A stretch of 64,000 bases of DNA, taken from positions 1-64,000 of IMG/VR virus record IMGVR_UViG_3300010354_000057; one strand, 5' to 3'. The stretch comes from a virus. Below, one piece after another: positions 1 through 8,191 of this stretch. The number at the start of each line of letters is the position of its first letter. Positions within the stretch are counted from its first letter, which is position 1. The notes below the pieces were generated by a model that was not told the DNA's origin, did not search any database, and saw nothing but the letters and a program-made list of their open reading frames with translations. Both the position numbers and the translations under genes were made by a program.

Positions 1-330
1 TATTCAATGGTTACAGCGAATAGGTTCTGGTCTCAAATTTTTGGTATCGCTTTTAGTAATAAGCGTTGGCTCCATTTCTTTATGTTGTTTGTACCTGTTA
101 TGGGTCTTTGGACATCTAGTATTGGAATTATTGGACTGGCTCTTAACCTTAGAGCATACGATTTCGTTTCACAGGAAATTCGTGCAGCAGAAGATCCAGA
201 GTTTGAGACTTTCTACACAAAAAACATCCTTCTAAATGAAGGACTTCGTGCTTGGATGGCTCCAGTTGATCAACCTCACGAGAACTTTGTATTCCCTGAG
301 GAAGTCTTGCCTAGAGGTAACGCTCTATGA
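1..330 (+). CDS. psbD: Photosystem II D2 protein, 3' part (runs off window start)
   Basis: [44 protein letters not shown] is the D2 C-terminus. Confidence 0.98.
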   Translation, partial: YSMVTANRFWSQIFGIAFSNKRWLHFFMLFVPVMGLWTSSIGIIGLALNLRAYDFVSQEIRAAEDPEFETFYTKNILLNEGLRAWMAPVDQPHENFVFPEEVLPRGNAL

Positions 331-337
331 TACAGTG

Positions 338-360
338 GGAGGGGAAACCCTCCTTTTTTT
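338..360 (+). terminator. Intrinsic terminator after psbD
   Basis: GGAGGG-GAAA-CCCTCC hairpin followed by T7. Confidence 0.9.
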
Positions 361-378
361 ATACATATAAAAAATAGT

Positions 379-1965
379 TTGTGTATGAATATTTTAAGTA
401 TAAGAGATCATTCTTCTTTATCTACTTCTCAATTCGATTGGGATGGGCATGATTCCTCAATATCTTTAATTTCTGATGGAAAAATAAAATATTTTTTAAA
501 AGAAGAAAGATATTCTAAAATAAAAAGAGATGGGTGTTTAAAAAGTAGTTTTAGTAAGTTTATTGAAAATGTTGATGATCATATAGATTATTATTTTATG
601 ATTTGCAAAGAAAATCCAAAAAAATATCAAGATATAATTAAAAGAAAATATAGTAATGCAAAATTAATTGCACCTAAAATTGATGAGCATCATTTATATC
701 ATGCTTCAGTAGCATTTTATAATAGTGGATTTGAAAAATCTTTAGTGATTGTTATAGATTCTAGTAGTCCAGTTAGTGAGACTGTGTATATATGTGAGTA
801 TCCATCAACATTTAAAGAAGTTTATATAGCTGTAAATGATAATCCAATAATACCTGAATCTCAGAGTTTATGTCGCATATATGATAGTACAACAAGATTG
901 ATAGGATTGCCTTCTTTGGAGAATGGAAAGACTATGGGACTATCTTCTTATGGAAATAGAATTCCACGTTCTCCAAATTTATTTGAAAATCATACTTTTC
1001 CTACTACTGCAACTGAGGGTGTATGGGAAATCGGTGGTGCTAGATATCATAGGGAATTAGTATCACAAATATCAAAAGAACTACCAGATAAAGTTGAAAT
1101 AACTAAAAAAAATTATAAATTTTATGCAGATTACTGCAAAGAAATTCAAGTGCAGACACAAGATGCCGTTTCTAAATTAGTAAAAAAGCAAGTTCAAGAT
1201 ACTGGCATAAAAAATATTTGTATCAGTGGTGGGTATGGTATGAATGTTGTATCTAACTACAACTTGGTAAAAACTTTTCCTGATTTAAATTTTTATTTTG
1301 AACCATTATGTGATGATGGTGGAATATCTATCGGTTCTGGAATGTATTATTATCGAAAAATTACTGGTGATAAGACTATACATAAAATAAAAACCACTTC
1401 AATTCATGGATTTAAACATGATCTCAGTAATTACAAAGGTATGAGTGTAAATATATCTGATATAGCAAAATTATTATATGGAAATAAATCTATTGCAATT
1501 TATTCTGGTCTTGCTGAGAGTGGGCAACGTGCTTTAGGTAATAGATCTATATTATTCAATGCATTGAATAAAGATGCTAAGGATATCGTTAACGCTATAA
1601 AAAAAAGAGAGTGGTATAGACCATTTGCTGCAGTTGTATTAGAGGAAGATGCTAATTTTTATTTTGATATGATTGGTTTGAAAGAAAGTCCTTATATGAC
1701 AGTTTGTTTTCCTGTCAAATCTGATTTAATTCCAGGAGTTACTCATGTTGATAATACCTGTAGAGTTCAAACTGTTTCTTCTGGATATCTGTATGAACTT
1801 CTTTTAGAATTTAAAAAGTTAAGTGGACATGGAATTTTACTTAATACCAGCTTTAACCTTGCTGGAGAACCATTAGTGGAAACACCAGAAGACGCATTTA
1901 AAACATTAAAAAATTCTTCATTAGATTACCTTTGGTTTGAGGAGACCAAACAGTTGTTTTTATAA
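379..1965 (+). CDS. Carbamoyltransferase, NodU/CmcH family (fused N and C domains)
   Basis: HDSS..EERYSKIK, EHHLYHA, GKTMGLSSYG, SGGYGMNV, DDGG, RALGNRS, REWYRPFA, HVDNTCRVQT, LNTSFN motifs. Confidence 0.92.
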   Translation: MCMNILSIRDHSSLSTSQFDWDGHDSSISLISDGKIKYFLKEERYSKIKRDGCLKSSFSKFIENVDDHIDYYFMICKENPKKYQDIIKRKYSNAKLIAPKIDEHHLYHASVAFYNSGFEKSLVIVIDSSSPVSETVYICEYPSTFKEVYIAVNDNPIIPESQSLCRIYDSTTRLIGLPSLENGKTMGLSSYGNRIPRSPNLFENHTFPTTATEGVWEIGGARYHRELVSQISKELPDKVEITKKNYKFYADYCKEIQVQTQDAVSKLVKKQVQDTGIKNICISGGYGMNVVSNYNLVKTFPDLNFYFEPLCDDGGISIGSGMYYYRKITGDKTIHKIKTTSIHGFKHDLSNYKGMSVNISDIAKLLYGNKSIAIYSGLAESGQRALGNRSILFNALNKDAKDIVNAIKKREWYRPFAAVVLEEDANFYFDMIGLKESPYMTVCFPVKSDLIPGVTHVDNTCRVQTVSSGYLYELLLEFKKLSGHGILLNTSFNLAGEPLVETPEDAFKTLKNSSLDYLWFEETKQLFL

Positions 1966-1970
1966 TTAAT

Positions 1971-2687
1971 ATGGAAGAAAATAATATAGTCATATTAGAG
2001 AATGTTTTTGGTGAAGAATTGGTAGAACTTTTATATATTAGTTGTAAAAAACAATTTACTTATAATGTTCTTCATAATGATGATATACTTGTAACTAATT
2101 GTATTTTAGATTGTCACGGACTAGCACTGTCATCTAATGTAGTATTTCCATATTATGAAAATCATTGGAATATATTTTGTATGACTTTGAAAAAAATAAT
2201 GTATGATTATTGTGATAAAGTTGGATTTGATAAAAAACATCTAGTTCCACATTCTTGTTGGGGGGAGAGGTCTAATCAAACGATTAAAAAATATAAAAGA
2301 ATGCATAAAGAAGAATTGAAAAAAAATTGTGATGAATGGTTAGAAGATTACTTACAAATTAATAATTTGAATAAAATGAGAATGATTTATTATTTAAAAA
2401 ATCCAGATCCAAAATATGGAACGACTTTATTAATAAAAGATAAATTCGTTTCTATTCCTGGAAAAGAAAATTCTTTATGTATAGTTACCTGTGGAGATAA
2501 TAAATTTTCTAATAAATTTCCAGTAGATACTGATAATAAATATAATTTAATTTTTGATTGGTATATTCACCCACCAGAGTCTAAAAATATGCCTACCTGG
2601 TTTTTACCAACTTTAGATTATAAAAATAATTACAGGGAACAAATATCAAATTGGTGGTATAAAAAAACAACAACGACATATGATTAA
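1971..2687 (+). CDS. Hypothetical protein, divergent member of the 46318/48785 2OG-oxygenase-like family
   Basis: Shares W..F, CW.ER, IYYL.NP...YGT and PG.ENSL segments with 46318 and 48785 but lacks their HxH. Confidence 0.55.
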   Translation: MEENNIVILENVFGEELVELLYISCKKQFTYNVLHNDDILVTNCILDCHGLALSSNVVFPYYENHWNIFCMTLKKIMYDYCDKVGFDKKHLVPHSCWGERSNQTIKKYKRMHKEELKKNCDEWLEDYLQINNLNKMRMIYYLKNPDPKYGTTLLIKDKFVSIPGKENSLCIVTCGDNKFSNKFPVDTDNKYNLIFDWYIHPPESKNMPTWFLPTLDYKNNYREQISNWWYKKTTTTYD

Positions 2688-2814
2688 CACTGAAACTCCT
2701 TATAAATTGGCGGAAATTATTAGAGATACATGGCCTCAACTTTACAGACCAATTAAACTGTCGTATAATAAATCAGACACTGATAAAATAAATGGCAAAA
2801 GAAACTTACGGTAA
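2680..2814 (+). CDS. Small cyanophage-type hypothetical protein (44 aa), not in the ORF track
   Basis: Hand translation MINTETPYKLAEIIRDTWPQLYRP...; fills the gap between flanking ORFs. Confidence 0.6.
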   Translation: MINTETPYKLAEIIRDTWPQLYRPIKLSYNKSDTDKINGKRNLR

Positions 2815-3088
2815 CCAGTTCCGTTCTGGTGAAAAAAATATCGATGATCTGCATAAATCTTTAATTAACGATCTTGCTAGTAAATCTAGAGAAGAATATA
2901 AATTTAATTATGTTATGAGAGATGTTTTTGAAATGATGCGAAGTTTGGGATGGACTGGTGATGATACTTTTGAAATTCAAGTTGCTGGAACTTTACCTAA
3001 AGATAAGTTTATTGTAATTAAAAATACTAATCTCATTCCTAAACAAAAATCATTACCTCAAAGTGATTTAAAGGAAATTAAAATTTAA
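2792..3088 (+). CDS. Hypothetical protein
   Basis: ORF in co-oriented gene run. Confidence 0.6.
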   Translation: MAKETYGNQFRSGEKNIDDLHKSLINDLASKSREEYKFNYVMRDVFEMMRSLGWTGDDTFEIQVAGTLPKDKFIVIKNTNLIPKQKSLPQSDLKEIKI

Positions 3089-3123
3089 AATATATAATAT
3101 AAAGTAATATAACGTAAAGTAAA

Positions 3124-3360
3124 ATGAAGTTTACAGTTTATTCTAAAAATGGGTGTCCATATTGCGAAAAGATCAAAGATGTGCTAAGGTTATCCAACCT
3201 AGATCATGTCGTTTATGTTCTTGATGAGCACTTTACAAGAGAGCAATTTTATCAAGAATTTGGAATTGGATCTACATTTCCTCAAGTAATTATGGACGAT
3301 AAACATTTAGGTGGATGCATTGATACTGTTAAGTATTTAAAGGAGAACAACGTTATTTAA
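3124..3360 (+). CDS. nrdC: Glutaredoxin
   Basis: CPYC active site, TFPQV, GG motif. Confidence 0.93.
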   Translation: MKFTVYSKNGCPYCEKIKDVLRLSNLDHVVYVLDEHFTREQFYQEFGIGSTFPQVIMDDKHLGGCIDTVKYLKENNVI

Positions 3361-3719
3361 TGGAAGACGCACTTTTTGACATCTATTCTGATATTGAACT
3401 TGCAATAGATCTTGCTTTTGAAGGAAGATTTGTTTTAAAGTTTTATGATTATTTGAAAGTAAAAAGTGTTAGGAGGAGGGAAGTTGAACTTTTTATTGAG
3501 AGTGCAACTGCTAGTAATATTAATAGTGTTGTTATAGATTTGGATGACTACCTTGAAGGTGGATCTGATGAAATGCATAAACAACTTCGTGAAGCTTATG
3601 GGCACATTCCCAAACCTCAAGCAAGAAAAATTAGAAATTACCTTTACGGTATTTTAGAAGACGCTTGGAGATATAGTCATGATAAGAGACCAGGAAGGAG
3701 GAAAAAGGAAACTAAATAA
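3360..3719 (+). CDS. Conserved cyanophage hypothetical protein
   Basis: Y.EGG....QLREAYGHIPKPQARKIR motif typical of cyanomyoviruses. Confidence 0.75.
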   Translation: MEDALFDIYSDIELAIDLAFEGRFVLKFYDYLKVKSVRRREVELFIESATASNINSVVIDLDDYLEGGSDEMHKQLREAYGHIPKPQARKIRNYLYGILEDAWRYSHDKRPGRRKKETK

Positions 3720-3891
3720 TCAAGAACCCAACATTAATCGTGGGTTTGAATTGATGTTACGACAACATAATAGGAGGGAGAAAAAACCACAACCAAAGAC
3801 ATTTCAAATAATGTTTGGTAAAATGGTTTCTCTCTTCAAACGAGAGTTCCATTTTTATTTTGAGATAGGTCTTGATATAAAGAAAAAGTAA
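3679..3891 (+). CDS. Hypothetical protein (start may be ATG 3754)
   Basis: ORF; start uncertain because of overlap. Confidence 0.55.
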   Translation: MIRDQEGGKRKLNNQEPNINRGFELMLRQHNRREKKPQPKTFQIMFGKMVSLFKREFHFYFEIGLDIKKK

Positions 3892-3908
3892 CTCTCGGGA
3901 GAAAAACG

Positions 3909-4136
3909 ATGTTAGCAGTAGCACTCACCTTAGGAACATTAATTTCTATCATGTTCTTTTTTGTAGGTGGCATTGTTGGGTGGATGGCAAAACAATATGT
4001 AATTGAAAAAAATTACGTTGCATATACACATCCAGAAATGTTTGACGAAAATGGAAATGTAATTCCCGACGAAATTTTAGCAGTGAGATTTGAAAATGAC
4101 TACGACTACGACAACGAAGAAGACGACGAAGAGTAA
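3909..4136 (+). CDS. Small membrane protein
   Basis: N-terminal TM helix, HPEMFDENGN motif, acidic tail; GGAG RBS. Confidence 0.75.
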   Translation: MLAVALTLGTLISIMFFFVGGIVGWMAKQYVIEKNYVAYTHPEMFDENGNVIPDEILAVRFENDYDYDNEEDDEE

Positions 4137-4677
4137 GACCAATACTCAACAACAAATTCCAGAACTTCAAGCAAATCCATTTCAATATGAAATTTTGGAT
4201 TTGGTTAATAAGCAAAGATCTAATGCTGGAAAAGTTGAAGTTCTAAAGAAATACAGAAATGATGCACTTGTAGCAATTTTAATCTGGAACTTTGATGAGT
4301 CTATTATTTCATTACTTCCACCTGGAGAAGTTCCATATGCTCGTGTAGACGAACAATCTTCTTTTAACGATACTCTTTCTGGATCTATTGATAAGGGTAA
4401 TAAAGTTATGGGAAGAACTGACGAATTTATCAGAGATAGGCATACTTCCATTCGTAAAGAGTGGGAAAATTTCTATAACTATTTGCAAGGTGGTAATCCT
4501 TCTTTAACTTCTCTTCGTAGAGAAACTATGTTTATTCAAATGCTTGAAGGACTGCATCCTCTTGAAGCAGAGATTATGGTTCTTGTAAAAGATAAATTAT
4601 TATCCACAAAATATAAATTAACGCAACAAATTGTTGCTGATGCTTACCCCGATATTCAGTGGGGAGGTAGATCTTGA
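4090..4677 (+). CDS. Conserved T4-like hypothetical protein
   Basis: WNFDES..LP.GEVPY..RRETMFIQMLEGLHP.EAE. Confidence 0.8.
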   Translation: MKMTTTTTTKKTTKSKTNTQQQIPELQANPFQYEILDLVNKQRSNAGKVEVLKKYRNDALVAILIWNFDESIISLLPPGEVPYARVDEQSSFNDTLSGSIDKGNKVMGRTDEFIRDRHTSIRKEWENFYNYLQGGNPSLTSLRRETMFIQMLEGLHPLEAEIMVLVKDKLLSTKYKLTQQIVADAYPDIQWGGRS

Positions 4678-4934
4678 CACTTCAGTTTATTCACCAAAAT
4701 TGTAATCCAGAGTTAGCAAAAGATAGAAGTTTACCTTATAGTGCTTATTTGGTGGAGTATGAAAATGAAGGTGAAATTTCATATGATATAGTTAATAGTC
4801 AAAAAAAGGTAGAAATTTTTGATTATTATTGGGACAAATATCGTGAAGGATTAAAATCATTCAAACAAACTGAGGGAAGAGTTAATCCTAAGTTGTGGGG
4901 AGAAAAACCTAAGGAGGCGAAAAAGAAGAAATGA
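4674..4934 (+). CDS. Conserved cyanophage hypothetical protein
   Basis: IFDYYWDKY..GRVNPKLW. Confidence 0.7.
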   Translation: MTLQFIHQNCNPELAKDRSLPYSAYLVEYENEGEISYDIVNSQKKVEIFDYYWDKYREGLKSFKQTEGRVNPKLWGEKPKEAKKKK

Positions 4935-5143
4935 GTGCAGGATTTGGGGCAGAAAAAATTAAAAATGGTAAAGCAGTTGTTTTAATTGATGATGATGAAG
5001 TGAAAAAACTTCTTAAGCAATATAAGAAGATTAAAAAATATATGAAATCTCCTTTATATACTGTAAAGACAATAGATGGAACTGAGAAATTAGTTTCTGA
5101 ATTACTAGAAGAATACTCTGATGAGGAAAATAAATTAGATTAA
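4931..5143 (+). CDS. Hypothetical protein
   Basis: ORF overlapping upstream stop (ATGA). Confidence 0.6.
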   Translation: MSAGFGAEKIKNGKAVVLIDDDEVKKLLKQYKKIKKYMKSPLYTVKTIDGTEKLVSELLEEYSDEENKLD

Positions 5144-5154
5144 ATTAAAGATAA

Positions 5155-5481
5155 ATGGGAAAGCATTATTTACTAAATTTGTACGGATGCTCGTTTGTCC
5201 TTTTGGATAACGAGCGTTGTCTTATTGACTTATTAGAGTGTGCAGCAATAGCAAGCGGTGCAACAGTGGTTCAGACTATTTCAAAAAAGTTTGATCCACA
5301 AGGAGTTACTGTGATTTGTTTGCTTTCTGAAAGTCATATTAGCATCCATACTTGGCCAGAGGAAGGTAAGGCAGCAGTGGATGTATATACCTGTGGAGAT
5401 TGTAATCCAAAGATTGGGTGTGATATGATTATCCATCAACTCTTTGCTACTAATCACACCTTAAGTTATATTGAGCGTTAA
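5155..5481 (+). CDS. speD: S-adenosylmethionine decarboxylase proenzyme
   Basis: GKH, F.PQGVT, LSESHISIHTWPE, DVYTCG. Confidence 0.95.
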   Translation: MGKHYLLNLYGCSFVLLDNERCLIDLLECAAIASGATVVQTISKKFDPQGVTVICLLSESHISIHTWPEEGKAAVDVYTCGDCNPKIGCDMIIHQLFATNHTLSYIER

Positions 5482-5508
5482 CTAAATACACTATATCTGG
5501 AGAAATAT

Positions 5509-5826
5509 ATGCTCTCTACTCAATACCGTCTTCGCCTTGAAGCAATCTGTGAACGAATTGTACAAGGAGAATCTGTAGAGTTAAGTGATATGATTTGGGC
5601 AGAGAAACTTGCTAAGTCAAATAGATCTGCTGCGACTATTTTAAGACAAGCACGTAGACGTGCTGCTAATCCTGATATGAAAGAAGATAGTCTAGATGCT
5701 TTCATGAATGCGTTGGATCTTGGTGATCCAGATCCTTCTAATCATAGGACTAGATTTAATGGTGCGGATGATATCATCGATTTTTTTACAGGAGATAAGC
5801 CAGAAGATTGGCGACAGAGAGATTAA
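5509..5826 (+). CDS. Conserved cyanophage hypothetical protein
   Basis: MLSTQYRLRLE.IC..I..LGDPDPSNH; GGAG RBS. Confidence 0.75.
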   Translation: MLSTQYRLRLEAICERIVQGESVELSDMIWAEKLAKSNRSAATILRQARRRAANPDMKEDSLDAFMNALDLGDPDPSNHRTRFNGADDIIDFFTGDKPEDWRQRD

Positions 5827-5830
5827 TAAT

Positions 5831-5846
5831 TGTATTATATTTTACA
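5831..5846. promoter_or_regulatory. NtcA-type binding site
   Basis: TGTA-TTATATTT-TACA matches TGTA-N8-TACA, just upstream of a promoter and riboswitch-like leader. Confidence 0.65.
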
Positions 5847-5853
5847 AAAATAG

Positions 5854-5882
5854 TTGACTATATATCGTAATGGATTTAAAAT
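5854..5882 (+). promoter_or_regulatory. Sigma70-type promoter
   Basis: TTGACT-N17-TAAAAT. Confidence 0.75.
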
Positions 5883-5887
5883 GATCC

Positions 5888-6107
5888 AACGTTCATCTGG
5901 TCAACCAGACGGAAGTAAGCCGACTCGGAACGGAACGTTCATCTATGGAAGCACTATTTCTAACGTGTTTACAAGCAAATTTTCTTATTGCGAGAGTTAA
6001 TTTGCATCAGGCATTAACCATTCAGCAAAAGAATGATATTGTCTGGGAGATTAAACAAGTTACGAAAAAAGGATGTTTCATAGACGCAAAAGCCGACTGA
6101 AGGAACG
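5888..6107 (+). ncRNA. Tandem glutamine-riboswitch-like aptamers (glnA / Downstream-peptide RNA family)
   Basis: Two units CGTTCATCT..AGACG(G/C)AA..AGCCGACT..GGAACG, each with CGTTC/GAACG P1 pairing, upstream of a YRG peptide. Confidence 0.72.
5945..6100 (+). CDS. 51-aa ORF embedded in the second aptamer (MEALFLTCLQ...GCFIDAKAD)
   Basis: Hand translation; open frame from ATG 5945 to TGA 6100. Confidence 0.55.
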   Translation: MEALFLTCLQANFLIARVNLHQALTIQQKNDIVWEIKQVTKKGCFIDAKAD

Positions 6108-6140
6108 CTCTTTAACTTAAAAAACTAAGGAGAAAACCTA

Positions 6141-6302
6141 ATGTCTAAAGTTGTATATCGTGGTGTCGAATATGACACTACAGATCGTCCCAATCAAACA
6201 TTTAAAATTGAACCACATGTAGAAATCTATCGTGGATCAATGTTTTATGTTGATGAAAATGGAAATAAACTGTCTATGGAAAAAACCAGGAGGCAGAAAT
6301 GA
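6141..6302 (+). CDS. DUF4278-like small protein with two YRG motifs (53 aa)
   Basis: MSKVVYRGVEYDT...EIYRGSMF; AAGGAG RBS at 6127-6132. Confidence 0.8.
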   Translation: MSKVVYRGVEYDTTDRPNQTFKIEPHVEIYRGSMFYVDENGNKLSMEKTRRQK

Positions 6303-6400
6303 ATACATATTTTGTTCGCTATTTAAAGAAAAAAGCAAAGAAAGAAAATCTTCTTAAAATTGCACAACTGAATATGGCAAAGCAACCTCAAGTTGCTTGA
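6299..6400 (+). CDS. Small basic peptide (33 aa, MNTYFVRYLKKKAKKENLLKIAQLNMAKQPQVA)
   Basis: ATGA overlap with the upstream ORF, AGGAGG RBS, ends just before a terminator. Confidence 0.65.
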   Translation: MNTYFVRYLKKKAKKENLLKIAQLNMAKQPQVA

Positions 6401-6405
6401 TCAAC

Positions 6406-6432
6406 GGGGGGATTGACTTCCCCCCTTTTTTT
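6406..6432 (+). terminator. Intrinsic terminator
   Basis: GGGGGGA-TTGACT-TCCCCCC followed by T7. Confidence 0.88.
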
Positions 6433-6441
6433 GTGTAAAAT
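6413..6441 (+). promoter_or_regulatory. Sigma70-type promoter overlapping the terminator
   Basis: TTGACT (hairpin loop)-N17-TAAAAT. Confidence 0.7.
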
Positions 6442-6447
6442 TAAAGG

Positions 6448-6630
6448 GTGAACATAATTTTTATGGATAGAGAAAGAATAAAATTGATTGTAGAAAATCT
6501 TGAAATTTTATTGGATCAATTGAAAGAAGAAATCTATTCCGATGGAGAAGAAACTTATCATATTGAAAGTTTTTCTTCTCCAGATATTGATTATGATGAA
6601 GTTTTTGATGAAGATGGATACTCTGATTGA
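6448..6630 (+). CDS. Conserved small acidic protein (likely start ATG 6463)
   Basis: MDRERIKLIV.NLE.L...LKEEIYSD..DYDEVF. Confidence 0.7.
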   Translation: MNIIFMDRERIKLIVENLEILLDQLKEEIYSDGEETYHIESFSSPDIDYDEVFDEDGYSD

Positions 6631-6640
6631 GGAATAAAAA

Positions 6641-7357
6641 ATGAAACCTATTGTTAAACTAATTTCTGTTACTCAAGGTGCAGGAGAACTGGCAGGAAAA
6701 TCTGCACAAGAAGTGATTACTTATACTGCGCGTGTAAGTAATCCTAATAACCAACTAAAGTTTGAAACTGCTGCAGGACTTCTTCGGTATTGTATTAAAC
6801 AAAACCATTGGTCTATCTTTGAACAAGCAGATATGACCCTTGAAATTAATACAACTAGAGGACTGGCAGCTCAAGTGCTTCGTCACAGGTCCTTCGTATT
6901 TCAAGAATTTTCACAACGATATGCGGATACAAAACTTTTGACCGAACTTCCTGAAGTTCCTGAACTTCGCAGGCAGGATGAGAAGAACCGTCAGAACTCA
7001 ACTAATGATCTTGATGATCATACCCGAGAAAAGTTTGAGGGAATGATTGAGCAGCACTTTGAGGAAGCACAACGTCTGTATGACAAGATGCTTGAGAAGG
7101 GTGTGGCAAAGGAATGTGCAAGATTTGTACTTCCCTTGGCAACCCCAACAAGAATTTATATGAAAGGCTCTGTAAGGTCATGGATTCATTACATCGATCT
7201 TAGGTCTGCTCACGGCACTCAGAAAGAGCATATGGACATTGCAGAGGCAGCACGATGCGTCTTTATTTGTCAGTTCCCTGATATTGCTAAAGCACTTGGA
7301 TGGGAACCAGAGAATTGTCCAGAATGTTCTGATGCACCTTCTATTACTATCGAATAA
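6641..7357 (+). CDS. thyX: Flavin-dependent thymidylate synthase
   Basis: HWSIFE, RHRSFVFQEFSQRY, RSWIHY..R, TQKEH. Confidence 0.97.
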   Translation: MKPIVKLISVTQGAGELAGKSAQEVITYTARVSNPNNQLKFETAAGLLRYCIKQNHWSIFEQADMTLEINTTRGLAAQVLRHRSFVFQEFSQRYADTKLLTELPEVPELRRQDEKNRQNSTNDLDDHTREKFEGMIEQHFEEAQRLYDKMLEKGVAKECARFVLPLATPTRIYMKGSVRSWIHYIDLRSAHGTQKEHMDIAEAARCVFICQFPDIAKALGWEPENCPECSDAPSITIE

Positions 7358-7383
7358 ATATTTTTAAAATTAAAGTGTGATCT

Positions 7384-7626
7384 ATGGCAATTTATCCTAT
7401 TATTCATGTTGAGACTGGAGAAAAGAAAGTTATTGAAATGAGTGTCAACGACATTATGCAATGGTATAAAGACAATCCAGAATGGAAAAGAGATTGGTCT
7501 GAAGGATGTGCCTCTGCTGGTGAAGTTGGTGAATGGAAAGATCAATTGATTAAAAAACACCCTGGTTGGAATGAGGTATTGGAAAAAGCATCTAAGGCAC
7601 CAAAGTCACTAGTTAAAAAAATTTAA
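7384..7626 (+). CDS. Conserved cyanophage hypothetical protein
   Basis: MAIYP....TGEKK..W.RDWS.GCA..GW.EVL. Confidence 0.75.
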   Translation: MAIYPIIHVETGEKKVIEMSVNDIMQWYKDNPEWKRDWSEGCASAGEVGEWKDQLIKKHPGWNEVLEKASKAPKSLVKKI

Positions 7627-7627
7627 T

Positions 7628-8191
7628 ATGCATGAACTCGTTAAGGTTGGGTATGATGATGTAATTACATTAATTTTAAAACAAAATATTGTAGCATTAT
7701 TTCAAGGAAAGTCTGAAGGTGGACCTAGAGCTTTGGGTAATAGGTCCATATTATTTGATCCAAGAAATTCTGAGGCAAAAAATATTGTTAATACAGTAAA
7801 ACAGAGGGAGTGGTATAGACCTTTTGCTGGAACAATTTTGTTTGAGTATGTTCATGAATGGTTTGATCTACGTGGATTAAAAGAAACTCCTTTTATGATG
7901 TATGCGGTAAATGTTTTAGAAGATAAAAAAGATCTTATTCCTGGAATTATACACGTAGATGGAACGTGCAGAATTCAAACTGTAACTGAAGAACAAAACT
8001 ATCACTATTATAATTTGATAAAATGTTTCTATGAAAAAACTGGAGTTCCAATTTTATTCAACACATCATTCAATCTTGGTGGAGAGACATTAGTTTATAC
8101 TGAAACTGATGGTATTGAAACGTTGCAAAATTCTATGATAGAGTATATGTATCTTCCTGAAAAGAAAAAAATTATAATGGTGAGAAATTAA
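7628..8191 (+). CDS. Carbamoyltransferase C-terminal domain, standalone
   Basis: E.GPRALGNRSILFDP, REWYRPFA, HVDGTCRIQTV, FNTSFN. Confidence 0.9.
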   Translation: MHELVKVGYDDVITLILKQNIVALFQGKSEGGPRALGNRSILFDPRNSEAKNIVNTVKQREWYRPFAGTILFEYVHEWFDLRGLKETPFMMYAVNVLEDKKDLIPGIIHVDGTCRIQTVTEEQNYHYYNLIKCFYEKTGVPILFNTSFNLGGETLVYTETDGIETLQNSMIEYMYLPEKKKIIMVRN

